DNA of 63,643 nucleotides, the filler included, from Octopus bimaculoides (lineage: Eukaryota): assembly GCF_001194135.2 (NCBI RefSeq). It is 4 parts of 3 records of this genome, joined end to end, with 100 filler letters (N's around TTAATTAATTAA, not from the genome) between each part and the next. Parts side by side here need not be neighbours in the genome. Positions count along the whole stretch, not along the records: positions 27,871 to 58,527 come from NC_068989.1; 3 more parts are not named here. One strand, written 5' to 3'. Positions 46,770 through 58,419 of the stretch are shown piece by piece. The notes beneath the pieces were generated by a model, which worked only from the letters and a program-made list of their open reading frames with translations, searched no databases and had not been told where the DNA came from. How positions within the stretch are numbered: position 1 is the stretch's first letter; each line of letters begins with the position of its first letter. The position numbers and the translations under genes were made by a program.

Positions 46770-49136
46770 CACTGGTCAATAAAATTCGAAATTTTGTTGT
46801 CCCATGAACTAAAGAAAGTTAAATTTATAATACTTTTAACGCAGATTTAAATGTTTTTAGAATTCTTCTATCAGGCTTGGTTTTTATGTGATAGAGTAAT
46901 TAAATTATACAATAAATATACTGTATTTATGCAGAAATAAGGCTGACAATGATAATTGGTCAATAGGATTGATGAAAAATTTTGTCCCAGAAGCAAAAGT
47001 AGGTGAATATAGCATTTTATCTGGAGAATTCAAGCGTGCTTTCAGATTTTTTCTATAAGTCATAGTTTTTCTGTGATAGTATATGTAAATTGTTGAACAA
47101 TTGTATTTCATGAATTTAAAGATCAGGCTGATATTACAAGGAAACTTACCCTTAAAACGTAGAGGCGTATGATTTTAGACTGTATTTAGCTTCTGGAACG
47201 TCCCTTTTTAGTGGCCACCAATAATCAGCCAACATAGAAGAGCTCCACTTTCCTAGGTACCGGTTTCCATGTTCAGAATATACTGGTGGAACCTCTCGCC
47301 GTACTCATCACTGACAGCCCCAAGATTTTCAGGGAAAAAGTCCAAGTGGGAGTTCAAGAAGTGGATTTTTAAGCTCATATTGCATCCCAAGGCCTCGTAT
47401 GATATCAGTAGATCTTTCACAATGTCAGAATAGTTCTCTGCTCTGTGATTCCCCCCAAAACTCTCTCCAAATTTTCTTAAATAACAACCACACAGCTTTT
47501 TCAACATCATCGAGCTCTTAAACTTTTGGTCTCTCATCAGCTCCCTAATCTGTGGCCCAACAAAAATACTTTCCTTGATTTTTGCGTCGCTTATTCTTGG
47601 AAATTTAGCTTTCAAAGACGTGAATCCCTTGCCAGTTCTGTCCATACCTTTGACGAAATATTTCATTAATCCTAGAAGGCAGATAAATTTTCTCAGAATC
47701 AACAAAGGGAGGATTGATGACATTCTAGGAGTCAGAGATCGTTTCGGCCACACATTCTTTTCATAATGATTTTTCATATCGCGACTGTCCCACTCACAGA
47801 AAAAAGCAACAAAACTTGGTGCAACTCAGCCGCATTCCAAGTAAAAGTACCACGACCTTTACGTCACCAGAAAAATTCCACTTATGTTCTTCGTACTTAA
47901 TTTTTTGCAATACAAGCTTCACACTCATATTTTTCATTCATGTTAGCTGCACGAGCCAGAAGAACAGAAGGAAACTTATTTCTATTGTGGAGTAAAACTG
48001 CTTTCAAGCTTACTGTTGAGGAGTCAATAAACAAACACCACTCATTAGTGCTAGTTGTGGTTAAGTTCCTTCATAACACAATACACATCATTACAAAACA
48101 CCACATCACCCTCAAGTGAGAAACAATTTTCAAAATCACAATGTCGAACACGATAAAAGGTAACTTTGGTATGTTTCTGAAGAAGATTCCAGCCCTTTAA
48201 CCTGGAGCCAAGAAGTTCAGCTTACTTTTCCGACAAGTTTAAATCCCTCACAAGATTATCCAGATCTACCTGATTCAACAAATGTGGTTCACTTGAAAAA
48301 CAGCTAGGCTCAATGTCCATGTCTTCTGTTTCTTTCTCCACATCATCACTTGGCTCGTTGTCACTAAGTGTCATTTGTTTTAGAGGGTCAGGTACAGGTA
48401 TGTGTTGACTGTGAAGTACTGGTCTCATAGCATATTGTAAATTAGGATATTTTACAGTATACTTGGATTTTGATGGTATACCTTGTATATTCGCCATGCA
48501 TAAGTGTGATTTTTAAGCTCTCTCCAAATCATAGGGATAGCAAAAGGCATATGAAGTGAACCTTTGGCCCATGCAGTGAGAAGCCTGACACAGGTTACAC
48601 AACACACATAAGGGGCCCAGCTTTTATCCTCGTTACCTACTTCGCAGTCAAAATAATGCTCATAGCACTTTTTAATCAATGACGAGGAACGCCGTCTCTG
48701 TGACTTGGCTGTTAAGTCATTGCAAATATAGAAAGAGTTGTTTGCGATGATTGTACAGTTTCTTGGCATTATGAAGGTGAACTTAGTCCACAACCGCACG
48801 CCTGCACTTCAAGCACAGTAATGACAAAGCATCGGTGAATCATCGACTCAGTGTTGCCAAGCGTCGGTGACTCATTGACTCAGATTGCTAGATTTATGAT
48901 TTCATTAGGTTAATACTATTCATAAATATTTAAATTAGGAGTATTACTTAAACCATTAGCTTCCCATTATTGGAGCTTAACTGAAATTTAACTTACGTAA
49001 CAAGAACTGAGAAGGATATCGTGGAACAGAAGAAACTGGGTGATACAAATAATCTGACATTATTTTTGAATTCTGCATGCAAAAACATAAGATACAGATA
49101 TTCTTTGTCTTGGGACAAATTCTTTGTTGACCAGTG
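46770..49136 (-). mobile_element. Chapaev3-like (CMC superfamily) DNA transposon with frameshifted transposase (~47230-48770)
   Basis: TIRs CACTGGTCAA(T/C)AAA; flanks TGA/TAA (3-bp TWA-type TSD); MPRNC...FYIC...YFDC.VG.EDKSWAP.VCC.TC...PFAIPMIWRE; KIHFLNSHLDFFPENLGAVSDEYGERFHQ. Superfamily is assigned from recalled motifs, not a search. Confidence 0.75.
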
Positions 49137-49345
49137 TAATTGGTCCATCGGGGACTGTGATTTATGTTCAAGGTGACTAAAATGGAATTTCCTGTAGAGC
49201 TCCTATAGAAAGTTTACCTTTAGGAATAATAAAGATTATCAGAAAGATTTGGAATACTTGAAAGATTACTGAAAGCTTGTGGATATTTAAATTACAGGCA
49301 GAAACCCGATACATGCATAAATCAAGACCAATCCTGAATCAAATC
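49137..49345 (+). mobile_element. R4/Dong 3' segment, resumed after the Chapaev insertion
   Basis: Removing the insert and one TSD restores VLPVIIGPSGTV...LGIIKIIRKIWNT*; the 3' UTR runs into (TGA)n. Confidence 0.8.
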
Positions 49346-49347
49346 GA

Positions 49348-49393
<46 letters not shown>

Positions 49394-49799
49394 NNNNNNN
49401 NNNNNNNNNNNNNNNNNNNNNNNNNNNNNNNNNNNNNNNNNNNNNNNNNNNNNNNNNNNNNNNNNNNNNNNNNNNNNNNNNNNNNNNNNNNNNNNNNNNN
49501 NNNNNNNNNNNNNNNNNNNNNNNNNNNNNNNNNNNNNNNNNNNNNNNNNNNNNNNNNNNNNNNNNNNNNNNNNNNNNNNNNNNNNNNNNNNNNNNNNNNN
49601 NNNNNNNNNNNNNNNNNNNNNNNNNNNNNNNNNNNNNNNNNNNNNNNNNNGAAGAAGAAGAAGAAGAAGAAGAAGAAGAAGAAGAAGAAGAAGAAGAAGA
49701 AGAAGAAGAAGAAGAAGAAGAATAACGGCTTAACAGCATTTTGTCCGGCGTGATAACAATTCTGCCAGCTCATTGCCTTAATAATGATAATAATAATAA

Positions 49800-50130
49800 T
49801 TCTGCTGTAGACACAAATCCAACAATTCCACGAAAGGACGTAATGTAAAGTCAACTTCGGTGGAATTTGAACTCAGGACGTGAAATTTGAAATTAGACGA
49901 AATGCCATGTCCAGCGTGCCAACAATTCTGCTAGTCTCCACCTAAATCTTTTCTACAATAAGTACAAAGCCTGAAATTTTGGCGGAGGATGCTAGTCGAT
50001 TACATCGATCTCAGCGCTCAACCGATATTTATTTTGTAGACCCTGAAGGGATGAAAAGCAACACTAACCTCAGCAGAATCTGAACTCAGAACGTAAAGAC
50101 GGTACGAAATGCCGCTAAGAAATTTGCTCG
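49800..50130 (-). mobile_element. Two SINE family C copies
   Basis: Family match with CpGs retained (acgtaaagacggtacgaaatgccgc). Confidence 0.8.
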
Positions 50131-50230
50131 NNNNNNNNNNNNNNNNNNNNNNNNNNNNNNNNNNNNNNNNNNNNNNNNNNNNNNNNNNNNNNNNNNNNNN
50201 NNNNNNNNNNNNNNNNNNNNNNNNNNNNNN

Positions 50231-50632
50231 ACATCACATCACATCACACCACCACGCACACACTAGCACTAACCATTTCCCAACCCCACATACACACACG
50301 CACACGTCAAGGTCAACAGCCCTTTTCCACACGCACATAATGCTCTCTTATACATACGCATGCGCACCTTCATTTTGGGATCACCACAACTTTATCATCT
50401 CTTCTTTTTAGCTCTCCTGTGTGGCCCCTCGGTCTGGCATTTGCCATGATAGATCGCTAGCCACTACACATTCTTTATTTTCTCTCCTTCTTTCTTATTG
50501 TGCTCCTTTCTGTGGAAGAGCGTAGGCTCCAAATGTTAAAGACTTTTTCGCTTCCCGAGCGTAAACTAATATATCTGTTTGTTGTCTACACCACCTGTCT
50601 TCGTCTTTTGTTTCTTTGTGAATTCTTCCTAT
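50231..50632 (+). mobile_element. PLE family P3 terminal repeat, inverted relative to 51540-51625
   Basis: 50231-50300 is the reverse complement of 51545-51625; carries a degenerate hammerhead. Confidence 0.7.
50506..50541 (+). ncRNA. Degenerate minimal hammerhead fold (CUGUGGA core variant, GAAAC mutated to CAAAU)
   Basis: CTTT-CTGTGGA-A-GAGC(GTAG)GCTC-CAAAT-GTT-AAAG; a truncated sister copy near 60105-60128 reads CTGTTGA-A-GAGC. Probably inactive. Confidence 0.45.
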
Positions 50633-51505
50633 ATATATATAAACTTAAAACTTAAAACTTAGATAGGTTTCCACCAAAGATTGGTCCAGGCCATGTCTAA
50701 CTTNNNNNNNNNNNNNNNNNNNNNNNNNNNNNNNNNNNNNNNNNNNNNNNNNNNNNNNNNNNNNNNNNNNNNNNNNNNNNNNNNNNNNNNNNNNNNNNNN
50801 NNNNNNNNNNNNNNNNNNNNNNNNNNNNNNNNNNNNNNNNNNNNNNNNNNNNNNNNNNNNNNNNNNNNNNNNNNNNNNNNNNNNNNNNNNNNNNNNNNNN
50901 NNNNNNNNNNNNNNNNNNNNNNNNNNNNNNNNNNNNNNNNNNNNNNNNNNNNNNNNNNNNNNNNNNNNNNNNNNNNNNNNNNNNNNNNNNNNNNNNNNNN
51001 NNNNNNNNNNNNNNNNNNNNNNNNNNNNNNNNNNNNNNNNNNNNNNNNNNNNNNNNNNNNNNNNNNNNNNNNNNNNNNNNNNNNNNNNNNNNNNNNNNNN
51101 NNNNNNNNNNNNNNNNNNNNNNNNNNNNNNNNNNNNNNNNNNNNNNNNNNNNNNNNNNNNNNNNNNNNNNNNNNNNNNNNNNNNNNNNNNNNNNNNNNNN
51201 NNNNNNNNNNNNNNNNNNNNNNNNNNNNNNNNNNNNNNNNNNNNNNNNNNNNNNNNNNNNNNNNNNNNNNNNNNNNNNNNNNNNNNNNNNNNNNNNNNNN
51301 NNNNNNNNNNNNNNNNNNNNNNNNNNNNNNNNNNNNNNNNNNNGCACACACCACATTCAAACGTGTGCACAGACATATAGTCAGAATAGCTGGATGAGGT
51401 TTGTATATATATATACACATACATACATATATATATATACATACGTATATATATATACATATATATATGTATACATATTTATATATACATATACATTCAT
51501 ATATG

Positions 51506-51539
<34 letters not shown>

Positions 51540-51551
<12 letters not shown>

Positions 51552-53510
51552 GGGATGGGAAGTGGTCAGTGCTAGTGTGTGCGTGGTGGTGTTATATGAT
51601 GTGATGTGATGTGATGTGATGTGATGTGATATGATGTGGTGTTGTGTGGTCTGGTGTAGTGGTGTGCGGTGTGGTGTGATAGTGTTGGGATGTAGGGGAG
51701 GCGAGATTGGGGAAAGCAAGGGTGGGGAAAGAAAGTTAGGCTGGGGGTATGTGGGTAGACTGAAGGTGGGGTTAGAGGGGTATGTGGGTAGGCTGAGGGT
51801 GGGGGTACAGGTGGGGTATGTGGTAGTGGGTGTAAGGGATGAAGTGGGGTGGGATGGGATGGATAGGAAAGGTAGGGTTGGATTGTGTGGGGGCAGGGTT
51901 ACAAGGGAGGGGTGACGATGAAGGGAGAGGGGGAAGGGAGAATGTAGGTAGGAGTGAAAAGAAAAGAGAAGTAGAAGTCGGAGCAAGAGAGGAGAGGTGG
52001 TGGGAGGAAGTAGGTGTGAAAGGGAGAGAGGAGAGGGGTGGTGGTTGGATGAAGAGGGGAGGAGAGTTGAGCCCATGTGGCGCAAAGGAGCGAAGAGAGA
52101 AGATTAATTCCTGTTCACGGCGCAAACGGGAGTCCTGATGGCCCCTGTGCAAGGACAGTCCGAATACAGACAATTGTTGCAAAGAGTGACCGGTAGAGCA
52201 GAAATGGAGCGAGACTGGGGCATCATTGCCGAGTCGGATGTCTGGGAGGTATTCCGCGAACCGGTCAGCCAAGCGGCATCTCGTTTACCTGATGTNNNNN
52301 NNNNNNNNNNNNNNNNNNNNNNNNNNNNNNNNNNNNNNNNNNNNNNNNNNNNNNNNNNNNNNNNNNNNNNNNNNNNNNNNNNNNNNNNNNNNNNNNNNNN
52401 NNNNNNNNNNNNNNNNNNNNNNNNNNNNNNNNNNNNNNNNNNNNNNNNNNNNNNNNNNNNNNNNNNNNNNNNNNNNNNNNNNNNNNNNNNNNNNNNNNNN
52501 NNNNNNNNNNNNNNNNNNNNGGATGAAGAGGGGAGGAGAGTTGAGCCCATGTGGCGCAAAGGAGCGAAGAGAGAAGATTAATTCCTGTTCACGGCGCAAA
52601 CGGGAGTCCACGTACGATGAAGTGGTGAGCCATGAGTTCAGACTGAATCTCAAATCATGGTCGTCACTACAGAGCCTGCGTAGACGGAGGAATTGGGAAT
52701 AGGAGATAGAAAGCTTGGTGTGTTTAGGGTGGGAGGAGGAGAAGTTGAGATATTAGTGTTAGTCTGTGTGTTTGTAGTGGATGGCGGTGGTGAGAGTGGA
52801 GCGATGAATGTTGACCTAAATGTCAAGAAAGGTGACAGAGGTGTCAGAGATAGTGCAGGAGAAGTGGAGTGCAGGATGGAAAGATTTGACAAAAGAGAGG
52901 AAGGAGTCTAGATGTTCGTTGGAGAGTGAGGTCGCACCGATACAATCGTCAATATAACGGTCGTATAGTTCGGAAGTGGGAGCAGTGCAACTTGAGAATA
53001 TTTGGGCCTCAACGTAGCCAACGAACATGTTCGCATAGCTGGGGCCCATTCTCGTTCCCATGGCCACTCCCGAGAACAAGGATGTAAAAATCACCAGCGA
53101 ACGAGAAGCAGTTGAGTGAGAGGACAAATTCGGCCAGACAAACGAGTGTGGATGCGTTGGGTTGGGGGTTGGGTCGAAGCGCATGGCTGATGTCATGGAT
53201 GTGAGAGGAGAGGGAAGCCACTAGGGAGCAAGGACATGGTCAAGATATCTGGAGGTGAGTTCGGTGGGGAAATTGCAGGTGGAAACGATGGGGCGGCCAG
53301 AGTTGTTAGGTTCGTGGATTTTGGGGGGTGCGAGGGGAGAGGACAATGAGGTTGGAGGCGATGGGGGAGACGGAAGGAGGAGATGATATCATGAATAGTG
53401 GAGGCACAGTTTGTTTGTAGCTGGGCGCGGAGTCAGAGGGCAGATGGCAGTAGAAGGACGTATCTTGAAGTTGGCGGAGGGCTTCCGCCTTGTAGAAGTC
53501 TGCGCGCCAC
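51540..53510 (-). mobile_element. Penelope-like (Neptune-type) retroelement: RT, thumb, GIY-YIG end and CT-rich tail, internally deleted or duplicated
   Basis: NSGRPIVS; GVAMGTRMGPSYANMFVG...RYIDD...FLDI; SQFLRLRRLCSD; DRFAEYL.DIR...PVSLHF...GHS...EQELIF.L...APHGLN. Confidence 0.92.
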
Positions 53511-53619
53511 ACCACCAGATTTGTTCTACTAAACACTTCAAAATGCTGCTCCAGCATTACCACAGTCCAATGATTGAAACAGGTAAAAAAATAAGAGACA
53601 AAATATGTAGGTTAAACAA

Positions 53620-53835
53620 AAGGCGGCGATCGGGCAAAATCGTTAGCACGTTTGGCAAAAATGCTCAGCAGTGTTTCGTCTGTCTTTACTTTCTGAGTGC
53701 AAATTCCCCTAAGGTCAACTTTGCTTTTCAACCTTTTGGGGCAGATAAAACAAGTACCAGTTGAGGATTGGGGTCGATGTAATCCTCTAGCCCCCTCACA
53801 TGAACTTGCTGGTCTTGTGCCAAAATTTTAAACCA
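53620..53835 (+). mobile_element. SINE family C (sense orientation), preceded by a B fragment at 53525-53600
   Basis: aaggcggcgatcgggcaaaatcgttagcacg...gagtgcaaattcc...gtgccaaaattt. Confidence 0.8.
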
Positions 53836-54142
53836 ATATATAAATTAAACAAGATTAAATATTATCGAAACAATATGTAACCGGTGTAACCGCTGTTTTC
53901 AGCAACTATATATCGGTAGATTGATAGAAAATATATAGAACTGTTTAAGTCACGGTTTTTGTGTAAAGCTTATGTAACCGATGTTTTCTCTAATTGTGTA
54001 TATCAGCGGTTTGAGAGAAATGTCTAATAACTGTTAAAGTCACGATCGTTGCGTTTTGAGGTTTTTCAGGTCACTGAGAGGCCAATTATAATCGAAAAGT
54101 ACTTGACTATTCTTCGAACTTTGTGTCACGTGTTTACTGCTA

Positions 54143-54460
54143 CAAGCAGGTAATTTCCTTATCAGTTTGGTGTCATGCGAACAAGATGTTTTCTTTTTGC
54201 TTTCGTTTTCCGTTATTGACATTGTACCAATCAAGAAGGAATTCGGTATATTTCCGGACATAGGCTGTAAGTTATATGAATGCTGTGTGAGCTTTTTCGG
54301 AACGTACACATTCATATCCCGATTCCTTCTCCTTCGTCCCCCAAATAATCTCTTCTGATGCAATTAACGCAAAGTCAATTTGAATACTTACTCAGATACG
54401 TAGAGAGATATTAATATTTTCTTTCTAAATAAATTACTTTTCTATGTATATAGTTTCATA

Positions 54461-54495
<35 letters not shown>

Positions 54496-54771
54496 NNNNN
54501 NNNNNNNNNNNNNNNNNNNNNNNNNNNNNNNNNNNNNNNNNNNNNNNNNNNNNNNNNNNNNNNNNNNNNNNNNNNNNNNNNNNNNNNNNNNNNNNNNNNN
54601 NNNNNNNNNNNNNNNNNNNNNNNNNNNNNNNNNNNNNNNNNNNNNNNNNNNNNNNNNNNNNNNNNNNNNNNNNNNNNNNNNNNNNNNNNNNNNNNNNNNN
54701 NNNNNNNNNNNNNNNNNNNNNNNNNNNNNNNNNNNNNNNNNNNNNNNNNNNNNNNNNNNNNNNNNNNNNNN

Positions 54772-54807
<36 letters not shown>

Positions 54808-55034
54808 TACACACACACGCACATGCATTCACACACATTTAATTTCGGACAGGATTCGCGGCTCAGTTATTAACCCCGGATCTGCATCATCATTATTTCC
54901 TATAAGTTACAGTCTGTGTCCGGAAACATACTGAATTCCCTCTTGATTGGTACACCGTCAACAACGTAAAACGAAAGCAAAGAGAAAACATCTCGTTCGC
55001 ATGGCACCAAACTGATAAGGAAATTACCTGCTTG
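54143..55034. repeat. Inverted repeat (arms 54143-54276 and 54901-55034) around a gapped (TA)n
   Basis: Reverse-complement match of ~134 bp with scattered substitutions. Confidence 0.88.
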
Positions 55035-55782
55035 CACTAGCAATATATAACCCTCGTTTCTAAACGTTGAATGTGCTTCCTTTCTTTCTGTAATGGTTGC
55101 TGTTGTTGTTACAACTGCTGTTGTTACTGCTATTTCGACTGATGGTACTACTGATGCTGATGACGGCGTTCGTTGTGTCCAGGTGAGTCCTGGCCAGCAG
55201 GGGCATTCCAGGCGTGACCATTCCATCATTATAGGAATAGGTAAGTTTACATTATCCATTGTGACCGTTTCTTTCCCAAGACAGCTCATCAGTGTATTGA
55301 GGGCGGTCTGTTTGCTATTATTTCTAACAAATCGAGTTGCCACATAGCGTTGCCTGCCTTGGCTCGTTGATGCTGTTCTTGCAGCAGCTTTTGTTACCAT
55401 TTTACAGGCCTCAGCTATCGCGATCGAGCTCTTTAAGGGGGGGGAGTGCACGCGTGTGTGCATAGAGAGAGAGAGAGACAGAGATTACAGGATTCGTTAA
55501 AAACTAGGTAATCGACATGTCGGGAGCCAAGACTGACTAGGTACGTAGTATTAAGCTTACAGAGCGTTAAAGCAACTCACAATTATCATTAGTTAAGCAC
55601 CTAATCCAATATTAACAATAGATCCAACCCAAGGATGGTTCCAGGTGGAGCGCATGTATGAAGAACACAAATGAGGTTCAAAATTCACAACGGCTGTTTC
55701 AATAAATGTAAGATACGAATTGCTATCTCATGCATTTCCATCTATACTGCGTAACAAAGAAGCAACAGCAGCAACAGTGGTG

Positions 55783-55783
55783 A

Positions 55784-55846
<63 letters not shown>
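55783..55846. repeat. (AGT)n microsatellite
   Basis: Direct reading. Confidence 0.95.
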
Positions 55847-56457
55847 GGATAATAAACTTACGGCAACAGCAGCAATTATAGTAGAACTTAGAACGGAACT
55901 TACAACTTCAGTGATAATAACACTACCCAGTTTTTATTTTACTCAATACATACAACCTAACTATGTTGCCGTGTGGGCAGACAGTCTGCGTGGCTGGTAA
56001 AGAGAGTACGGTTATGGTCTATGTATCTTCACAGTAGGAAAATGGTCTCGTGTTTGGTTGGAAGAATGAAATTGCAGAGGTTGAAGATTCTAATAGTTTA
56101 CTACGTGAAGGTATGCAAAAGCACAGAACTCAGATAATTAAAGATTATAACAGGAAAATAAAATAGTCGTAATTGAGTTATAAGAAAGGTGTATAAAACC
56201 ATTACGCAAAGATGCATAAATTTCAAAATAAATAAAGGGTAAGAATAGACTAGCAATAAGCCAGAGTAATGTAACTGAACCATAGGCTCTTGGTTTTACA
56301 GATAACCTTTGTTGAAAATTATTTAGCTGTATTACATGATCTGCAGTTATTTGTCGGTTTGTTTAGTCTTAAAACGTGTCATGTGTTTCAAAAAGTGATG
56401 TTTAACTTATTCTAATATTAATTTTGATTTTAGTTGCTTGATTTATTATATACCTAA

Positions 56458-56490
56458 CTAGCATACCCGTGTCGTTAAAATTACCGACAG
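56458..56490 (-). mobile_element. Possible Helitron 3' terminus (hairpin followed by CTAG|T)
   Basis: Minus strand TGTCG-gtaattttaa-CGACA-cgggtatg-CTAG-T. Confidence 0.3.
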
Positions 56491-56882
56491 CTTTTATAAT
56501 GGTGGAAAATGGCGCATCAAAACAATGGGAGAAAACATTCTTGCATCGTTCACAGAGCCCATGGTCATCAGCTTTGCAAAACAACTTTTTGTCTCCGGAT
56601 GTAGTGTTCTATGCTTAACTTTCTATGCGCGCCACCATCTCTGAACCAAAACAATTTTAATTCCACACTTCATAGCGTGTTGCTATCTTTAGCTCGCTCC
56701 TGAAAAGTCAAGCGACCGGCCATTGAAAAAATAAGACAATAAGAAATAAGACAATGACAAAATGAAAAAATACCCATTAATGCTGTCTGTTTTCGTTATG
56801 ACTTCAGTGATACTAAATATTCAATAAGTAATTTTTAATGCCTAGTTACTTTCCACACTCGCTGTAGATATGCATGTGTATA

Positions 56883-57001
<119 letters not shown>

Positions 57002-57159
57002 AACCCACACCTGTGCACCTGTGGTTAAACCCAACTTGCTTTGTCAATTTATAATATTATCGTAGAAATCATACGCTGATTTTCTAAACGGTAAAAGTGA
57101 AAATTATAAATAATAAGGGTGGCTTGTTCGCAATTTCACAACCGAAAGGCAGAAATATA

Positions 57160-57538
57160 TACGTCACAAAAGTGACGAGGGCACTAGCCAGCACCAGTAT
57201 TGCTAGAAATAAAGGTTACAACAACTCTTAACCACAAGAAGCAACTTAGCTTGATGACTGACAAGGAAGGCAAGCTTTTTAGAAAGTAAACATATGATTT
57301 CTACGATAATATTATAAACTGACAAGGCAAGTTGAGTTTAGCCCAGGATGCTAGGTGAGAGTCACTGAAGAGCTTTAGTATAAATGCGAAATCACTGTGG
57401 TCTGGCTATTTCTAGGCGCTGAGGGAGCCTGCCTCTTTTGTCAGTCACTAAGATGCTTCTTGTGGCTATGAGTTCTTCTAACTCTTACTTCTAGCACCCC
57501 TGGTGCTGACTAGTGCCCTCAGTCACTTTAGTGACGTG
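57160..57538. mobile_element. MITE with ~110-bp imperfect TIRs and TA TSD (Tc1/mariner/pogo type)
   Basis: TA-(T/C)ACGTCAC(A/T)AAAGTGAC.GAGGGCACTAG...; the arms are reverse complements. Confidence 0.8.
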
Positions 57539-57571
57539 TACATACATACATACATACATACATACAAACAT

Positions 57572-57606
<35 letters not shown>

Positions 57607-57842
57607 GGCGGGTGGCCTCGTGATTAGGCTGTTGCACTCACGATCGCTGGATCGTGGGTTCGATTCCCAGACCGGGCGGTGCGTTCTGTTCTTGAGCGAA
57701 GCACGTTGCTCCAGTGCCCCTTTCGATCAAGTGAGAATATTGGCCTGCTCGCCTAGCCAACGGGATGGTGTCATTCGAAGGCTAAAACGAAGCAGAGCAC
57801 ACTGTGATCAGTGATGTGTAATAACATCGTCTGGTTGGACAC
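57607..57842 (+). mobile_element. tRNA-derived SINE
   Basis: A-box TGGCCTCGTGATTAGG, B-box GGTTCGATTCC. Confidence 0.75.
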
Positions 57843-58115
57843 NNNNNNNNNNNNNNNNNNNNNNNNNNNNNNNNNNNNNNNNNNNNNNNNNNNNNNNNNN
57901 NNNNNNNNNNNNNNNNNNNNNNNNNNNNNNNNNNNNNNNNNNNNNNNNNNNNNNNNNNNNNNNNNNNNNNNNNNNNNNNNNNNNNNNNNNNNNNNNNNNN
58001 NNNNNNNNNNNNNNNNNNNNNNNNNNNNNNNNNNNNNNNNNNNNNNNNNNNNNNNNNNNNNNNNNNNNNNNNNNNNNNNNNNNNNNNNNNNNNNNNNNNN
58101 NNNNNNNNNNNNNNN

Positions 58116-58151
<36 letters not shown>

Positions 58152-58152
<1 letters not shown>

Positions 58153-58315
58153 AGCCGGATAACTGAAGAGATGTTTGGAGTGGACCCCCGCCCTGACATC
58201 GGAAACTCGGAGTTTTATCACGGCTACTGAATAAGTGTCACATATCTTTACAGATACATTCCTCTATTTGCATAATATCGAGGTTTCTTTCTTTCTTTTG
58301 TTGTCATTCCTGCCA
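58152..58315 (+). mobile_element. PLE family P1 terminal repeat, between (TA)n tracts
   Basis: Reverse complement of 240-392. Confidence 0.7.
58155..58223 (+). ncRNA. Type I hammerhead ribozyme fold
   Basis: CCGGATAA-CUGAAGA-GATGTT..GACATC(G)-GAAA-CT(CGG)AG-UU-TTATC(A)CGG; predicted cleavage after 58214. Confidence 0.6.
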
Positions 58316-58316
58316 A

Positions 58317-58353
<37 letters not shown>

Positions 58354-58419
58354 CGACTATATATATATGTGTGTGTGTATATATATATATGTGTGTGTAT
58401 GTGTGTGTTTGTGTGTCTG

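Noticed and set aside
57607-57680. tRNA gene (also the heads at 25017, 37440, 53620 and family A copies)
   Set aside because: A/B boxes are present but there is no full cloverleaf, and each continues into a SINE body.
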